From Candidatus Pacebacteria bacterium CG_4_9_14_0_2_um_filter_40_15 (GTDB lineage Bacteria > Patescibacteriota > Microgenomatia > UBA1400 > PJMF01), in NCBI GenBank assembly GCA_002788675.1, contig PFRS01000001.1, positions 234,706 through 298,705 on the forward strand: 64,000 nucleotides of DNA. The letters run 5' to 3'. Position 1 is the stretch's first letter; each line of letters begins with the position of its first letter. The position numbers and the translations under genes were made by a program. Under the pieces are notes generated by a model, which was given only the letters and a program-made list of their open reading frames with translations, was not told where the DNA came from and made no database searches. Below, one piece after another: positions 9,609 through 19,784 of this stretch.

Positions 9609-12017
9609 ATGGCAACGCCTCACGTATTACTCGAGCTCAGAACCGGTCGCGACAGTGCACACACACCAGAAGCATCTGTGCAATTATTTTCTGCACTTCC
9701 AGAACTCCATAACGAATGGTGGAGACGACTTGTCGGCCAAAATGAGCACCTGAGTGTTGAAATCATCACTGAAAATCAACAAATCTACTTTCAAATTTAT
9801 ACACCGCTCCGCCTCATGGAATACATAAAAGGCACTATAGCTGCCAGTTATCCAGGAGTAATGATGGCTGAGCTTAAGCGAGACATGATTGAGGCTCTCG
9901 ATAAACCTGAAACCTACTCCCAAGAGCAAAGCAGCTTTATTAGTATTGGTGACATTGCGCTTAAACGTGCAGAGTATTTACCCCTAAAAACGTATCAGGA
10001 TTTCAAAGACCTTGATCCACTCGCACCCCTTTTATCTACCCTTTCAAAACTCGATGCACTCGATAGAGTCGCTATTCAGTTCTGCATTACTCTCGACAGT
10101 GAAGAGTGGAAAAACCAAGGTCAACGCCTGATTGAAACCAATAAAAGTAGCGATTTGCTTAATGAAGTCATCACTGGCAAGCACCCTAAAAAAGCCTTAA
10201 TTGAGAAAAAAATTAAACCTTCAGCGCTGAAAGTTGCTATTAGAATGGCAGTCTCGGCACACACTAATGAGCGGAGCCAATTGCTTTTAGAAACAGTTGC
10301 CTCCTCTTTTGGAACAGTTACCGAAAGTGAAGGAAATAGTTTAGTCCTCAGAAAGATTTACTTCTGGAAAGAACAGTATCTCTCAATGATGCAGAAACGT
10401 TCGTTCCGTCGAACACGCTCGATGCACCTTTCTATCGATGAACTAGCCAGTATTCTCCACCTGCCAAGTAGCAGCCTCGAACCAATTCAAAACATCTCAT
10501 GGGGTAAGAATTTAATGGGTGAACCTCCTGAAAACCTACCGATTGTTACTCGAGAAATGCCGATTGAGCAGAAAAAAGAAATCAATCCTTTTGCAAAAAC
10601 ACTCTATAAGAACCAAGAAGCTGTGTATGGTCTTAAACGTGAAGACCGCCGTCGCCACATGTACGTGATTGGTAAAACTGGTACCGGTAAATCTACTCTC
10701 TTGGCTAATATGGCCATAAATGACCTCAAAAATGATGAAGGACTTTGTGTGATTGATCCACATGGTGACCTAGTTGAAACACTTCTTAACTACATCCCAT
10801 CTCGAAGAATCAATGACGTTATCTACTTTGACCCAGCCGATCCAGAACGAACAGTTCAGCTCAATCTCTTTGAAGGTGAAAATGTAGCTCACCGAGAACT
10901 CATCGCTTCAGGAATTGTCTCTGTCTTCCAAAAACTCTATGCATACTCCTGGGGACCACGACTTGAGTACATTTTGCGCAACGCCCTGCTCACCCTACTT
11001 AAGAGTGAAACGGCTCGCCTCTCCGACATTATCGACTTACTTACCAATAAAAAGTTTAGAGATAGCCTAGTTGAGGAACTCGATGACCCAGTCCTTAAAA
11101 ACTTCTGGCTCTATGAGTTCAACAAGCTGCAGGATCGCCAGCGAACAGAAGCCATTGCCCCAATTTTAAACAAAGTCGGACAGTTTGTGTCCTCTCCGCT
11201 CATTCGTGACGTAGTTAACTCAAGAAAAAGTTCATTCAGTATCGAAGAAGCCATGGATCAAGGCAAAATTGTCTTGGTTAATCTTTCCCAAGGAAAGCTT
11301 GGTGAAGACAACGCGACCCTTCTTGGAGCAATGCTGATTACTAAAATTCAGCTCGCAGCCATGTCTCGTGTGCATGTAGATGAAGAACACCGACGTGACT
11401 TCTATCTGTATGTCGACGAATTCCAGAATTTTGCTACAGAATCTTTCAACAAAATTCTCTCTGAGGCACGTAAATACCGTCTCAACCTGATCTTGGCTAA
11501 CCAGTACATTGCTCAGATTCCTGAAGAAGTTCAGAAGGCCATCTTTGGTAACTGTGGAAGCATTGTTAGTTTCGTGATGGGTGCCGAAGACGCCGCCGCT
11601 TTCGAGAGAGAATACGGCGAACGCTACACTAAAGAAGACTTGGTGTCACTGAGTAAACACCAGATTATCAATAAACTTTCAATCGATAACATGATCTCTC
11701 GCCCTTTCCCAGCATTTACCCTGGGGCCAGCTAAAAGTACAAATAAAAATCGAGGTAAAGTTATCAAGGTAAGTAGCGAGCGCTATGCAAAGCGCAAGAA
11801 ATCACTCGATCTTGCTGCCGAATTCCAAGCAAATAAAGAACGTATGGATCAGACTGATGAAGAAAAACAGGCTCAGATTGCTGAGGAGCAGCGTCGTGCA
11901 GAAATCAATAAAAAAGCTCGAGAAGCAGAAGGCTCACAAAAGCCTAAAAACAACAAACAAAACCAAGGGAAAAATAGTAACCAAAATCACAACAATCAAC
12001 AGAATAAGAAGAACTAA
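9609..12017 (+). CDS. VirD4/TraD-like type IV coupling ATPase (DUF87/TrwB-type)
   Basis: RRHMYVIGKTGTGKS Walker A, IDPHGDL, FYLYVDEFQNF Walker B, SEARKYRL.L.LANQY..Q. Start placed at ATG 9609, 6 nt after TGGTATACT. Confidence 0.9.
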   Translation: MATPHVLLELRTGRDSAHTPEASVQLFSALPELHNEWWRRLVGQNEHLSVEIITENQQIYFQIYTPLRLMEYIKGTIAASYPGVMMAELKRDMIEALDKPETYSQEQSSFISIGDIALKRAEYLPLKTYQDFKDLDPLAPLLSTLSKLDALDRVAIQFCITLDSEEWKNQGQRLIETNKSSDLLNEVITGKHPKKALIEKKIKPSALKVAIRMAVSAHTNERSQLLLETVASSFGTVTESEGNSLVLRKIYFWKEQYLSMMQKRSFRRTRSMHLSIDELASILHLPSSSLEPIQNISWGKNLMGEPPENLPIVTREMPIEQKKEINPFAKTLYKNQEAVYGLKREDRRRHMYVIGKTGTGKSTLLANMAINDLKNDEGLCVIDPHGDLVETLLNYIPSRRINDVIYFDPADPERTVQLNLFEGENVAHRELIASGIVSVFQKLYAYSWGPRLEYILRNALLTLLKSETARLSDIIDLLTNKKFRDSLVEELDDPVLKNFWLYEFNKLQDRQRTEAIAPILNKVGQFVSSPLIRDVVNSRKSSFSIEEAMDQGKIVLVNLSQGKLGEDNATLLGAMLITKIQLAAMSRVHVDEEHRRDFYLYVDEFQNFATESFNKILSEARKYRLNLILANQYIAQIPEEVQKAIFGNCGSIVSFVMGAEDAAAFEREYGERYTKEDLVSLSKHQIINKLSIDNMISRPFPAFTLGPAKSTNKNRGKVIKVSSERYAKRKKSLDLAAEFQANKERMDQTDEEKQAQIAEEQRRAEINKKAREAEGSQKPKNNKQNQGKNSNQNHNNQQNKKN

Positions 12018-12044
12018 CTGCTCCTCCACTCTTCACTCAAGTTT

Positions 12045-13433
12045 CTATAGCAAGTCGAAATCTCTCAAAACATCCTCAACTCGTGAATGTGTCTTTTTTG
12101 ACACAATGTGTTCAAAACCCAATCTTTTTGCCTCTTTGATGCGTCTTTCAAGCAAATTAACCGAGCGAACCTCGCCCAAGAGTCCCACTTCGCCCACAAA
12201 AACTGTTCGTTTAGGAATGGTCTTATTTTTAAGCGATGATGCTATGGCGACAGCTAAACCCAAATCAATTGCTGGCTCTTTCACATCAAACCCACCAGCT
12301 ACACTTACGAAAATATCGTTCGTACCTAAGGGAACCCGACAGTGTTTTTGCAAAACGGCAGCCATAACTTGGATTCTGGAGAGCTGAACACCCCTTCCTA
12401 CTCGACGAGGCATAGCTAACTGCGACCCAATAACTAACGCTTGAATTTCAAGCAGTAACGGTCGTGTACCTTCAACCACACACACGGTAGCGGAACCTGA
12501 AATATCTTTAGTATCGTCTGTTAAAAAGAGTTCTGATGGGTTTGAAACAGATTCGTATCCGAATTCGCGCACCCGAAAGACGCCAACTTCATCCGTCGCT
12601 CCAAAGCGATTTTTTATCGCTCTAAGCAGTCGCAAATCTGCCGTTCTTTCGCCTGTTAGCTCCAATACTGAGTCAACAATGTGTTCAAGGATTTTTGGAC
12701 CCGAAATCTTACCATCTTTAGTGACGTGTCCAACCAAAAAAGTTGGAATGTGATATTTTTTTGCAGTCTTGGTTATTTTGTCGGTCGACTCTCTAACTTG
12801 TCCGACACTACCGGCCACACCACTCAGTTCAGCCGTCGTAATAGTTTGGATACTATCAACCACCACTAAACTAGGTCGCTCTTTTTCCATGTGAGTAGTA
12901 ATCACATCTACATCGGTAGAAGTAACAAAAAGCAACAACTCTTGCTGTTCTTTTGTAAGCTTAGACCCTGCAATACGTTCAATACGCAATGCAATCTGGG
13001 ATGGGTTCTCTTCTCCACAGACATACATAAGTGGAGAGAGCTTTTTTTTACTCTTTGGGGACGTGTCAGTGTTTTTTAAAATTTCGACCAACATCTGTGT
13101 GAGGATAGTAGACTTACCAATTCCTGGTTCTCCACCAATAAGCATCACAGCTCCCGGAACCATGCCTTTGTTGTTTTTTTCACCGCCCAAAACACGGTCG
13201 AACTCTCCAATACCTGTTGAAAAACGCGATTTTGCGCCGCTGAGTGACTCCACCTCTGGTAAAGACACTATCGAAGACTTTACTTTGGCAGTACTCACCG
13301 GTTTTGGAGCTGAGCTGTCGACAACTTCTTCCACAAGTGTGTTCCACTCACCACAACTACCACACTGCCCAGCCCACCTTGGAGATGACCAGCCACATTC
13401 TTGACACACAAACAATGATTTTGATTTTGCCAT
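12045..13433 (-). CDS. radA: DNA repair protein RadA/Sms
   Basis: C4 zinc finger, GGEPGIGKST, KNRFG motif, Lon-like C-terminus. Confidence 0.97.
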   Translation of the reverse strand: MAKSKSLFVCQECGWSSPRWAGQCGSCGEWNTLVEEVVDSSAPKPVSTAKVKSSIVSLPEVESLSGAKSRFSTGIGEFDRVLGGEKNNKGMVPGAVMLIGGEPGIGKSTILTQMLVEILKNTDTSPKSKKKLSPLMYVCGEENPSQIALRIERIAGSKLTKEQQELLLFVTSTDVDVITTHMEKERPSLVVVDSIQTITTAELSGVAGSVGQVRESTDKITKTAKKYHIPTFLVGHVTKDGKISGPKILEHIVDSVLELTGERTADLRLLRAIKNRFGATDEVGVFRVREFGYESVSNPSELFLTDDTKDISGSATVCVVEGTRPLLLEIQALVIGSQLAMPRRVGRGVQLSRIQVMAAVLQKHCRVPLGTNDIFVSVAGGFDVKEPAIDLGLAVAIASSLKNKTIPKRTVFVGEVGLLGEVRSVNLLERRIKEAKRLGFEHIVSKKTHSRVEDVLRDFDLL

Positions 13434-13465
13434 ACGTTTTATGATGGAGTGGTTATATGCGATAC

Positions 13466-13792
13466 TTATTCAACAGCGAGATATATCTTGCCAACAAATA
13501 GAGTGTCTCCACTATATTGACCCACAACTGTCACCGATTGATTTTCGAACTGACTAAACTCTACCCCGTAACTTTCCACTTCTTCCATCTTTCCATTTGC
13601 TGCCTTAATATAGTACTTTTCACCTTGTTTCACAAGCATACCCGATTTTGTTGTTTCACCGCTCTTATCTTCTGCTGCAGGAACCGAACCTGTTTCAGAA
13701 TTACCAGATGAACCTTCTTGTGTTTGCGTTTGTGTACATGCTGCAAGTGTAAGACTACTTACAACTAACAGTGCGAGAATATATTTTTTCAT
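13466..13792 (-). CDS. Small lipoprotein
   Basis: MKK plus hydrophobic stretch plus LAAC lipobox; short beta-rich domain. Confidence 0.75.
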   Translation of the reverse strand: MKKYILALLVVSSLTLAACTQTQTQEGSSGNSETGSVPAAEDKSGETTKSGMLVKQGEKYYIKAANGKMEEVESYGVEFSQFENQSVTVVGQYSGDTLFVGKIYLAVE

Positions 13793-13869
13793 AGATGCCT
13801 TTCACCTACCTGACAGGTACTTGTTACTTTTAGTATGCGCAAAAGTAGTCCCTAACACAAGGGGGACTC

Positions 13870-14382
13870 CTATTTTTCCTCGAGAAGCTTTGTTGTTGAC
13901 TCGTTAGGATTATAGTCAAGAACCACTACAACTCTGCCACCATATTGTGAAAGAATAGCCTGTTTTTTATCTAAGTGCTTAGTATGAGAAGAGACTGCTA
14001 GATAGGTTGGCTGAATTTGAGAAATTACTGCCTGATGCTGTTCTGGATGTGAAAATTCTTCAGGAAGAATAACAACTATGTCGGCAGCATCTAAATCAAG
14101 GAGCTGTCTGCGTCGTTCAGCCTGAGAAAAGTGGGGTCTTGTGGGGCCTTTTATTTGGCGCACCCGAGCGTCAGACTCGAGTGCGACAATCAAGATGTCG
14201 CCCATTTCTCGAGCATTTGCTAAAAAGTGAAGATGTTCTTGGTGCAGCACATCAAACACACCAGTTACCAAAACTCGCGTTAAACCATCTGTTTCATTCA
14301 ATACATCAGCTAGAGGGGTAGGAAGCATGTACGGCGAATCAAACGTGTGAATTCGAGTATCTAGTTCGGGATCAAAAACCAT
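13870..14382 (-). CDS. Cytidylyltransferase-like nucleotidyltransferase (RfaE-II/TagD family)
   Basis: TGVFDVLHQEH (HxGH variant), ESDARVRQIKGPTRP, STTKL. Confidence 0.85.
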   Translation of the reverse strand: MVFDPELDTRIHTFDSPYMLPTPLADVLNETDGLTRVLVTGVFDVLHQEHLHFLANAREMGDILIVALESDARVRQIKGPTRPHFSQAERRRQLLDLDAADIVVILPEEFSHPEQHQAVISQIQPTYLAVSSHTKHLDKKQAILSQYGGRVVVVLDYNPNESTTKLLEEK

Positions 14383-14408
14383 AGAGCAAGTATACCTAAA
14401 AATATTGG

Positions 14409-15347
14409 TTAGTACACCAGGCGTTTCAGGCTACTTTTCCAGTTTTCAAATACTTGGGTATGCGTGTCGCGAGGATGAAAAAAAGCAAAGGACTGCCCTA
14501 CTCGCTCTGATGTTCTATGTGGCAACATATACACAAGTTGAACTGCATACAAAACTGCGTTTAACCAAGCTGCAGGATACTTCCAAAAGAGTACCGTTGC
14601 GATCTGAGATTTGAGCAATTGCTTTGACTTCATAATATTTGGCTGAGCATGACGAGCACGTTGATACAGTTTTGGGAGAATGGATTTAGCCCAAAGATTT
14701 GTGGTGTAATACTGTCTAAACACGTTAGGTTCAGCAAGAACCCATTCAGCCTGAAACAATTCATAGGCCGTATAGATGCTGCGTTTATTTTTAGGGAGAC
14801 CCAACTGCGTCTCCTCTAACCAAAAATTAAAGCACCAACTATTTTTTTCTTCACGCTTCCAAGATCGACGTTTCTTTTTGTACCAAGCATAAGCAACAAC
14901 AACTGGCCGCACTAACCAAAGACTGTGTGGCTTAGTAATAATAAGAAAATCAACATCATCATCTTGGGTTGCATTATTCATAGCAACCGAGCCAGTAATT
15001 AACACGCCTGAAATCCAAGGAATCTTCCCCAAAAAAGCAATTAGTTCTCTGCTCTCGCGTCGTTTCTTTTTAGCAAACTTTGTTCGAGCTGTCCTAGTAT
15101 GACTTAACTCTTTTGCTGAAGACTGTACCGAAGGAATTGAAAAAAATGAATCTCTCTGATTAAGCAAACCACTGGTTTGCATTTTTTTAAGCACCTGATG
15201 AAAGTGAGTAGTTGAAACAGAAACATCTGGAAGCAGCGCTAACAATCGCTCCTTAATCTCTGCTCTACGAAGCGGAAACTCAAACTGATCGGTATACCCC
15301 ACCGCCAAAAGGATCTGTTTTGCTAGTGTGCGATCGTTTCTGTCCAT
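14409..15347 (-). CDS. Pol-beta-type nucleotidyltransferase-domain protein
   Basis: ITGSVA...DDDVDFLII motif; N-terminal Y.DQFEFPL...EI segment. Confidence 0.7.
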   Translation of the reverse strand: MDRNDRTLAKQILLAVGYTDQFEFPLRRAEIKERLLALLPDVSVSTTHFHQVLKKMQTSGLLNQRDSFFSIPSVQSSAKELSHTRTARTKFAKKKRRESRELIAFLGKIPWISGVLITGSVAMNNATQDDDVDFLIITKPHSLWLVRPVVVAYAWYKKKRRSWKREEKNSWCFNFWLEETQLGLPKNKRSIYTAYELFQAEWVLAEPNVFRQYYTTNLWAKSILPKLYQRARHAQPNIMKSKQLLKSQIATVLFWKYPAAWLNAVLYAVQLVYMLPHRTSERVGQSFAFFHPRDTHTQVFENWKSSLKRLVY

Positions 15348-15396
15348 GAATGCATCATAGCATTAGTGGAAGAACTGTACAAAAGCATAATTGGGC

Positions 15397-15430
15397 AAAA
15401 AAAAGCCTCCGATCTATGACCGGAGGCTTT
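15397..15430 (-). terminator. Intrinsic terminator of the four-gene PspA-like operon
   Basis: AAAGCCTCCG/CGGAGGCTTT stem with T8 on the minus strand. Confidence 0.85.
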
Positions 15431-15460
15431 ACTAAAGTTAAAAATACATTTTGTTGATTT

Positions 15461-16048
15461 TTACCGAACGCCTACAACGAGCCATGCGGCTAACAACATG
15501 GACACGATTGTCCAAATGGCCGCGGCTTCTGTATGGCCGGCACGGAAATTTTCAACATAAGTCGTAATGGATTTCATTCCCAACTGGAAGCGACTAAAAA
15601 CTGCTGTGAACAGCAACGCCCAAAGGTAAAACTGGGGAAGCCGAACAAGCAAGTTTGCAGCGTAGTTTGGTAACACCGTGTAGGGTGTCATGAAGACCAC
15701 CCAACCAATGGCCAGAACTGCGAAGGCATTCACCCACGCCACTGAATCATTGGAGTCATCAGCGAGCTGTTGCTCTTTCAACAACTTACTGTTATTTGCA
15801 AACCCAATAAGGGAAGCAGTAACAGGATTGACGAAAAAACGAACAACTGCCAACAAAAGCACCACCTTGGCCAAGCCTTCCAAAATGGGAAAGCCACATG
15901 CCCAGGTGATGTCGAACATGGTAACCGGACTGGTTGCGCACGAGCTTACTGAGCGTAAAGGTAAATACTGCTGTGCGAACAACCCAACTGCAATTAAAGC
16001 CAGTGCGATCAAGGCACTTAAAAGAAGTGGTTTACGTGTACCGTTCAT
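15461..16048 (-). CDS. Membrane protein, DUF350/YjfL-like (tentative)
   Basis: Five hydrophobic segments with an internal two-fold pattern (helix, short charged loop, N/H..AA, helix); AAGGA SD. Confidence 0.5.
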   Translation of the reverse strand: MNGTRKPLLLSALIALALIAVGLFAQQYLPLRSVSSCATSPVTMFDITWACGFPILEGLAKVVLLLAVVRFFVNPVTASLIGFANNSKLLKEQQLADDSNDSVAWVNAFAVLAIGWVVFMTPYTVLPNYAANLLVRLPQFYLWALLFTAVFSRFQLGMKSITTYVENFRAGHTEAAAIWTIVSMLLAAWLVVGVR

Positions 16049-16065
16049 GGTTATTCCTTTTTATG

Positions 16066-16094
16066 GTAGTGCGCTGGCGAAGCCAGCGCACTAC
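16066..16094. other. Intra-operon perfect hairpin
   Basis: GTAGTGCGCTGGC-GAA-GCCAGCGCACTAC, 13 bp, no U-tract, between the PspA-like and membrane genes. Confidence 0.7.
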
Positions 16095-16122
16095 ATAATT
16101 CAACAGATTATAAAAAACTAAA

Positions 16123-17007
16123 CTAACCAGCAGCTGCCGCAATCTCTGCCATGATGTCGACATCAACGCCATTGATGTCATACTGCGCCATAGCCATGTC
16201 AGCAAAACTCACAGGTGTTTGCGCATCCAAATCCTGGTCAACAACCTTGTCTGCGCGATATTCAGCACGCGCACTGGTCATTTGACCTTGCAAATCGGAC
16301 ATGAAGTTGTTGACACCATTGTCATCAGCAGTTTGGTTGTGAGCTTTATCAGCTAACGCCAATGCCTGCTTATGAGTTTCAATTGCCAGCATAATCCCAG
16401 GGGCCTTCACTTCAATCTGACGCAGGACTTCTTCAGCCTGCTTCAGATTTGCGAGCGAAACCTGGTAGCTTTCTTCTAAGACGGCATACGTATCTTCATA
16501 CATCGCCAATTCACCAGAAGACAAAGCTTTGATTTCTTGAGCACCCTGAGCAATCTGTGCATCCAACTTGGTGGCCTCGCCATTCATCCACGCCGGAAAA
16601 ACAGACTTTTGAACAGTGATGTTAACTTGAGCTGCCAAAGCAACCAGTTCATCACTTGGAACAATCCGACCTGAATCGTTGGGCACACCGGCGGCTTCTT
16701 CACGAAGCAGCTGGGAAACCTTGTGTAACCGGCCAGCAAATACAATCATTTTTTCGCGCTGTCCCGCGAGCCGTTCCATTGGTTCCAAGGCCTGTGTGAG
16801 TGGGTCCTTGAGTGCCAACATCTGGGCGCGGATTTGACGTGCCGTCAAACGCATATCAGTGACCTGCTTTGCAGCACTGTCGCGTAAAATCGATAACACG
16901 TCTTGATCATTCAGAAATGCTTGAGCCAGCTTGTTACGTCCGTTCTCAAACATTTTTTCGACCATAGCGGAAAAGGAAATTTGTTGTACTTTTAATTGAG
17001 TAGCCAT
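16123..17007 (-). CDS. Divergent PspA/IM30 (ESCRT-III superfamily)-like coiled-coil protein
   Basis: All-helical. N-terminal amphipathic helix (ISFSAMVEKMFENGRNKL), long heptad helices, NNFMSDLQGQMTSARAE and terminal DIMAEIAA align by eye with the PspA helix layout. Confidence 0.55.
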   Translation of the reverse strand: MATQLKVQQISFSAMVEKMFENGRNKLAQAFLNDQDVLSILRDSAAKQVTDMRLTARQIRAQMLALKDPLTQALEPMERLAGQREKMIVFAGRLHKVSQLLREEAAGVPNDSGRIVPSDELVALAAQVNITVQKSVFPAWMNGEATKLDAQIAQGAQEIKALSSGELAMYEDTYAVLEESYQVSLANLKQAEEVLRQIEVKAPGIMLAIETHKQALALADKAHNQTADDNGVNNFMSDLQGQMTSARAEYRADKVVDQDLDAQTPVSFADMAMAQYDINGVDVDIMAEIAAAAG

Positions 17008-17079
17008 TGTTAATCTCTAAGCTCCTTGCTTATTTTGAATTGAAATAAAAGGTTAATAAAATTTGTCTTGGATATAAAA

Positions 17080-17901
17080 CTAAAACAACTGTTTAATATC
17101 CATTTCGGGATCAAACGGAGTGCAACGGAATAATCCGCCACGACCCCTTGCTTCATCCCGTGCGTCAATGTAAAACAGCCAATCTGTCCCTTCCATCTGA
17201 CGGGAAGTGACAAAAAATGTTCTATCGCCGTCGTATACAATACCATCAGTATTGCCTTCGACGTCAAAAAAGAACTTGCCAATATCATGAACTCGCCATT
17301 GTGTTCCCTGAGTTAAACCGCCGGGAAGAGAATAAACTATCTCTTTCCCATAAATGTTTTGCCCCAAGTTTTTGAACAACTTAGCTGGGCCAGGATCATT
17401 ATCATCGCCTTTATAAAAGTCAGCAAGTGATCCAAGGGTTGGAATCAGGGTTCCCTTCATCCAAACAAAATTACCTCCTTCAGCTGATGGAATCCGGAAG
17501 ATCCACTCATTACCTACCCAAACAGCCTTTGAAGGTCCTTCAGGTTTAGTAACCCAACGGCGCTCTCCAAACATTTCTTGAGTCTTTGGTGTTAATGTCA
17601 TTGAAGCAGTTACAACACTATCACCACCAGAAAAATCAGTGGTATAGGTAATAACATTGCCTGGTTCGACTACATCCATTTTCGCTACATTTGAGGCAGA
17701 GGCTGGCAACACATCTGTTCGTAGAACATTTACATCTTCAACATCTACCTCATCAGCAACCTTCATGCCCGAGATTCGAGCAATCAGGCGTTTCCCTTCA
17801 GGAGTTACCAGATAGCGCCGGCCGTAATAAAACAGGCCAGTGCAAGCGGCAACCAACAAAATGGAACCTAAAATCATGAGTAAACTTAAAAACGTGGACA
17901 T
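17080..17901 (-). CDS. Single-TM protein with beta-rich cytoplasmic domain (DUF4178/YjfK-like, tentative)
   Basis: N-terminal TM, MDVVEPGNVITY, aromatic beta-strands; GGAGG SD overlapping the upstream gene's last codons. Confidence 0.5.
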   Translation of the reverse strand: MSTFLSLLMILGSILLVAACTGLFYYGRRYLVTPEGKRLIARISGMKVADEVDVEDVNVLRTDVLPASASNVAKMDVVEPGNVITYTTDFSGGDSVVTASMTLTPKTQEMFGERRWVTKPEGPSKAVWVGNEWIFRIPSAEGGNFVWMKGTLIPTLGSLADFYKGDDNDPGPAKLFKNLGQNIYGKEIVYSLPGGLTQGTQWRVHDIGKFFFDVEGNTDGIVYDGDRTFFVTSRQMEGTDWLFYIDARDEARGRGGLFRCTPFDPEMDIKQLF

Positions 17902-17903
17902 AT

Positions 17904-19784
17904 CTAATAACCTCCGCCGTCATCATAGCCACCGCCCGATGACGAATTATATCCGCCACCATCGTTATAGCTACCAGAACTTGAACTGCTACTGGATCCA
18001 CTACTAAACCCGCCGCCATCATTACTTGAACAGCAACTTCCGCTGCTACTCGATGATGAGCTTTCGGCTGCTTGCCGGGCTGCTTCTTCAGCAGCTCGTT
18101 GAGCGGCCTCGCGGGCTCTTTCTTGGCGGTCCATCTCGTCATCATACGCTCGTTCTGCACGAGCGCCGGTGCCTTCAGCCGAATTGTACGACTGATCAGC
18201 TAAAGTACATGCGCTTTCATACTGATGAGAGTTTGCGGCATTGTTTGCCCGCGATAACAACTCAACAGCACTATTAAAGTCACTCCGGGCGCTACTACTG
18301 TAGCTCCCGTAGCTACTTACGCGTGAACTATTTGACGAAATTTCTGCCTCTGCTCTATCTTGTTTTCCTGGCCATGAAGACCGAAAACCTTCGAGAGAGT
18401 TTTTAAGAGATACTACCTGTCCACTTAGGTTACTTGCCTCTTGAAGATTGCTAATGCTTCCACCCATTTGGTTTTTTGCAGTCAAAAATTCTTGATTGCT
18501 CAAACTTTGTGAGGTGTTCGCATAGGCATCTTCAGCAAAACCAACCAAGCGCCAGGCTTCAGAAATATTGTTCTGTTTCCCGTTCCACGTTGAGGAGTTG
18601 TGGTATCTTTCGATAGTACTCCACGCACTCTCCGCAGTACGGATATCAGAAATGGCCGTTGAATGAACAGAAGAATATCGAGCCAACAGGTTGTTGGTCT
18701 CGATGTAGGCGTTGACTTGGGTGTTTGCGCTTGTCACAGACTGTTGTGCCTGCAACAAAGCAAGTTTTCCAGCTTCATACGAAGCCGGCCAATCAACTTT
18801 ACCATCAACAACAGAAACAACGAAAATATCTTTTGCAGCTTTCAAACTTTCTGCTGCATCTAATACCTGTTGCCGGGAAACACTTAGCGCGCCACTAAAG
18901 CCCCAATTGTACTGGGCATTGATGACGGATAGGCGGTCCCAAGCCGCGTTAATAGCGGCCTCTGCTTCTACGATTTTTGGTTCTGCGCCATCACGTGCCT
19001 CGACTTGGTAGTCAAGACCCGCAGTGACTTTGTGTTGGTGAACATTGATTTGATCAATGAGCACCTTTGCCCGGGTAATTTGCTCTTGTGCCGCTGTCGG
19101 GTTTCCCCGATGCGACAAATCATTCCAGTCTGGCATTAAACCAGACGCTGTGTTCATGTGCTGTTGCACACTAGACAGCTTTTGGGATGATTGTCGCAAC
19201 TCTTCTTGAAGAGGGGCCATGTATGTTTCTAACCATTCATGGGACTCTGCTCCAAAGCGAGTCTCTGCAACGTTTTGAGAACTAACCAGTTGTTCTACCA
19301 ATAAAGTGGCTTCTGCCTGATTTAATGACACCTGCTCACGCAAAGTAACATTGTAATCAAACAAGGTAATAGTGACATCAACAAACGCTTTGGCATTTTG
19401 AACCTCTACGATTGCTTGTTGATATCTCCTTACACGAGATGAAGGCCAACCACGGCCAGCATCTTGAAACGTCGAACGCGATGTTTCGAGTATAGCGTGC
19501 GCTTCAGCCAAATCTGACTGAAAACTTCGCCCATTACTAGTAATCGAAAAATCTTCAGAAAACCAGTTTTGTTCTTGGATTCTATCCTCAGCCTGTTGAA
19601 TTAAAACCTCAACTTGCCGAAGACCTTCTTCAGAGCTGTTTCTGTACGAGCGCAAAACCATGTTTGGCACGACAAAAAACAGAAATAAAGAGAATACCAA
19701 TAACCCACTGGAATACTGAATCCCCAAAAGGGGATTGCGCCCTAAGTTCCGAAAAAAGCGATCAATACTTCTTTTCAGATCCAT
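17904..19784 (-). CDS. Membrane-anchored coiled-coil protein with Ser/Gly-rich DGGGY tail
   Basis: N-terminal TM, ~520 aa of heptad helices, low-complexity tail; AGGAG SD. Confidence 0.75.
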   Translation of the reverse strand: MDLKRSIDRFFRNLGRNPLLGIQYSSGLLVFSLFLFFVVPNMVLRSYRNSSEEGLRQVEVLIQQAEDRIQEQNWFSEDFSITSNGRSFQSDLAEAHAILETSRSTFQDAGRGWPSSRVRRYQQAIVEVQNAKAFVDVTITLFDYNVTLREQVSLNQAEATLLVEQLVSSQNVAETRFGAESHEWLETYMAPLQEELRQSSQKLSSVQQHMNTASGLMPDWNDLSHRGNPTAAQEQITRAKVLIDQINVHQHKVTAGLDYQVEARDGAEPKIVEAEAAINAAWDRLSVINAQYNWGFSGALSVSRQQVLDAAESLKAAKDIFVVSVVDGKVDWPASYEAGKLALLQAQQSVTSANTQVNAYIETNNLLARYSSVHSTAISDIRTAESAWSTIERYHNSSTWNGKQNNISEAWRLVGFAEDAYANTSQSLSNQEFLTAKNQMGGSISNLQEASNLSGQVVSLKNSLEGFRSSWPGKQDRAEAEISSNSSRVSSYGSYSSSARSDFNSAVELLSRANNAANSHQYESACTLADQSYNSAEGTGARAERAYDDEMDRQERAREAAQRAAEEAARQAAESSSSSSSGSCCSSNDGGGFSSGSSSSSSSGSYNDGGGYNSSSGGGYDDGGGY

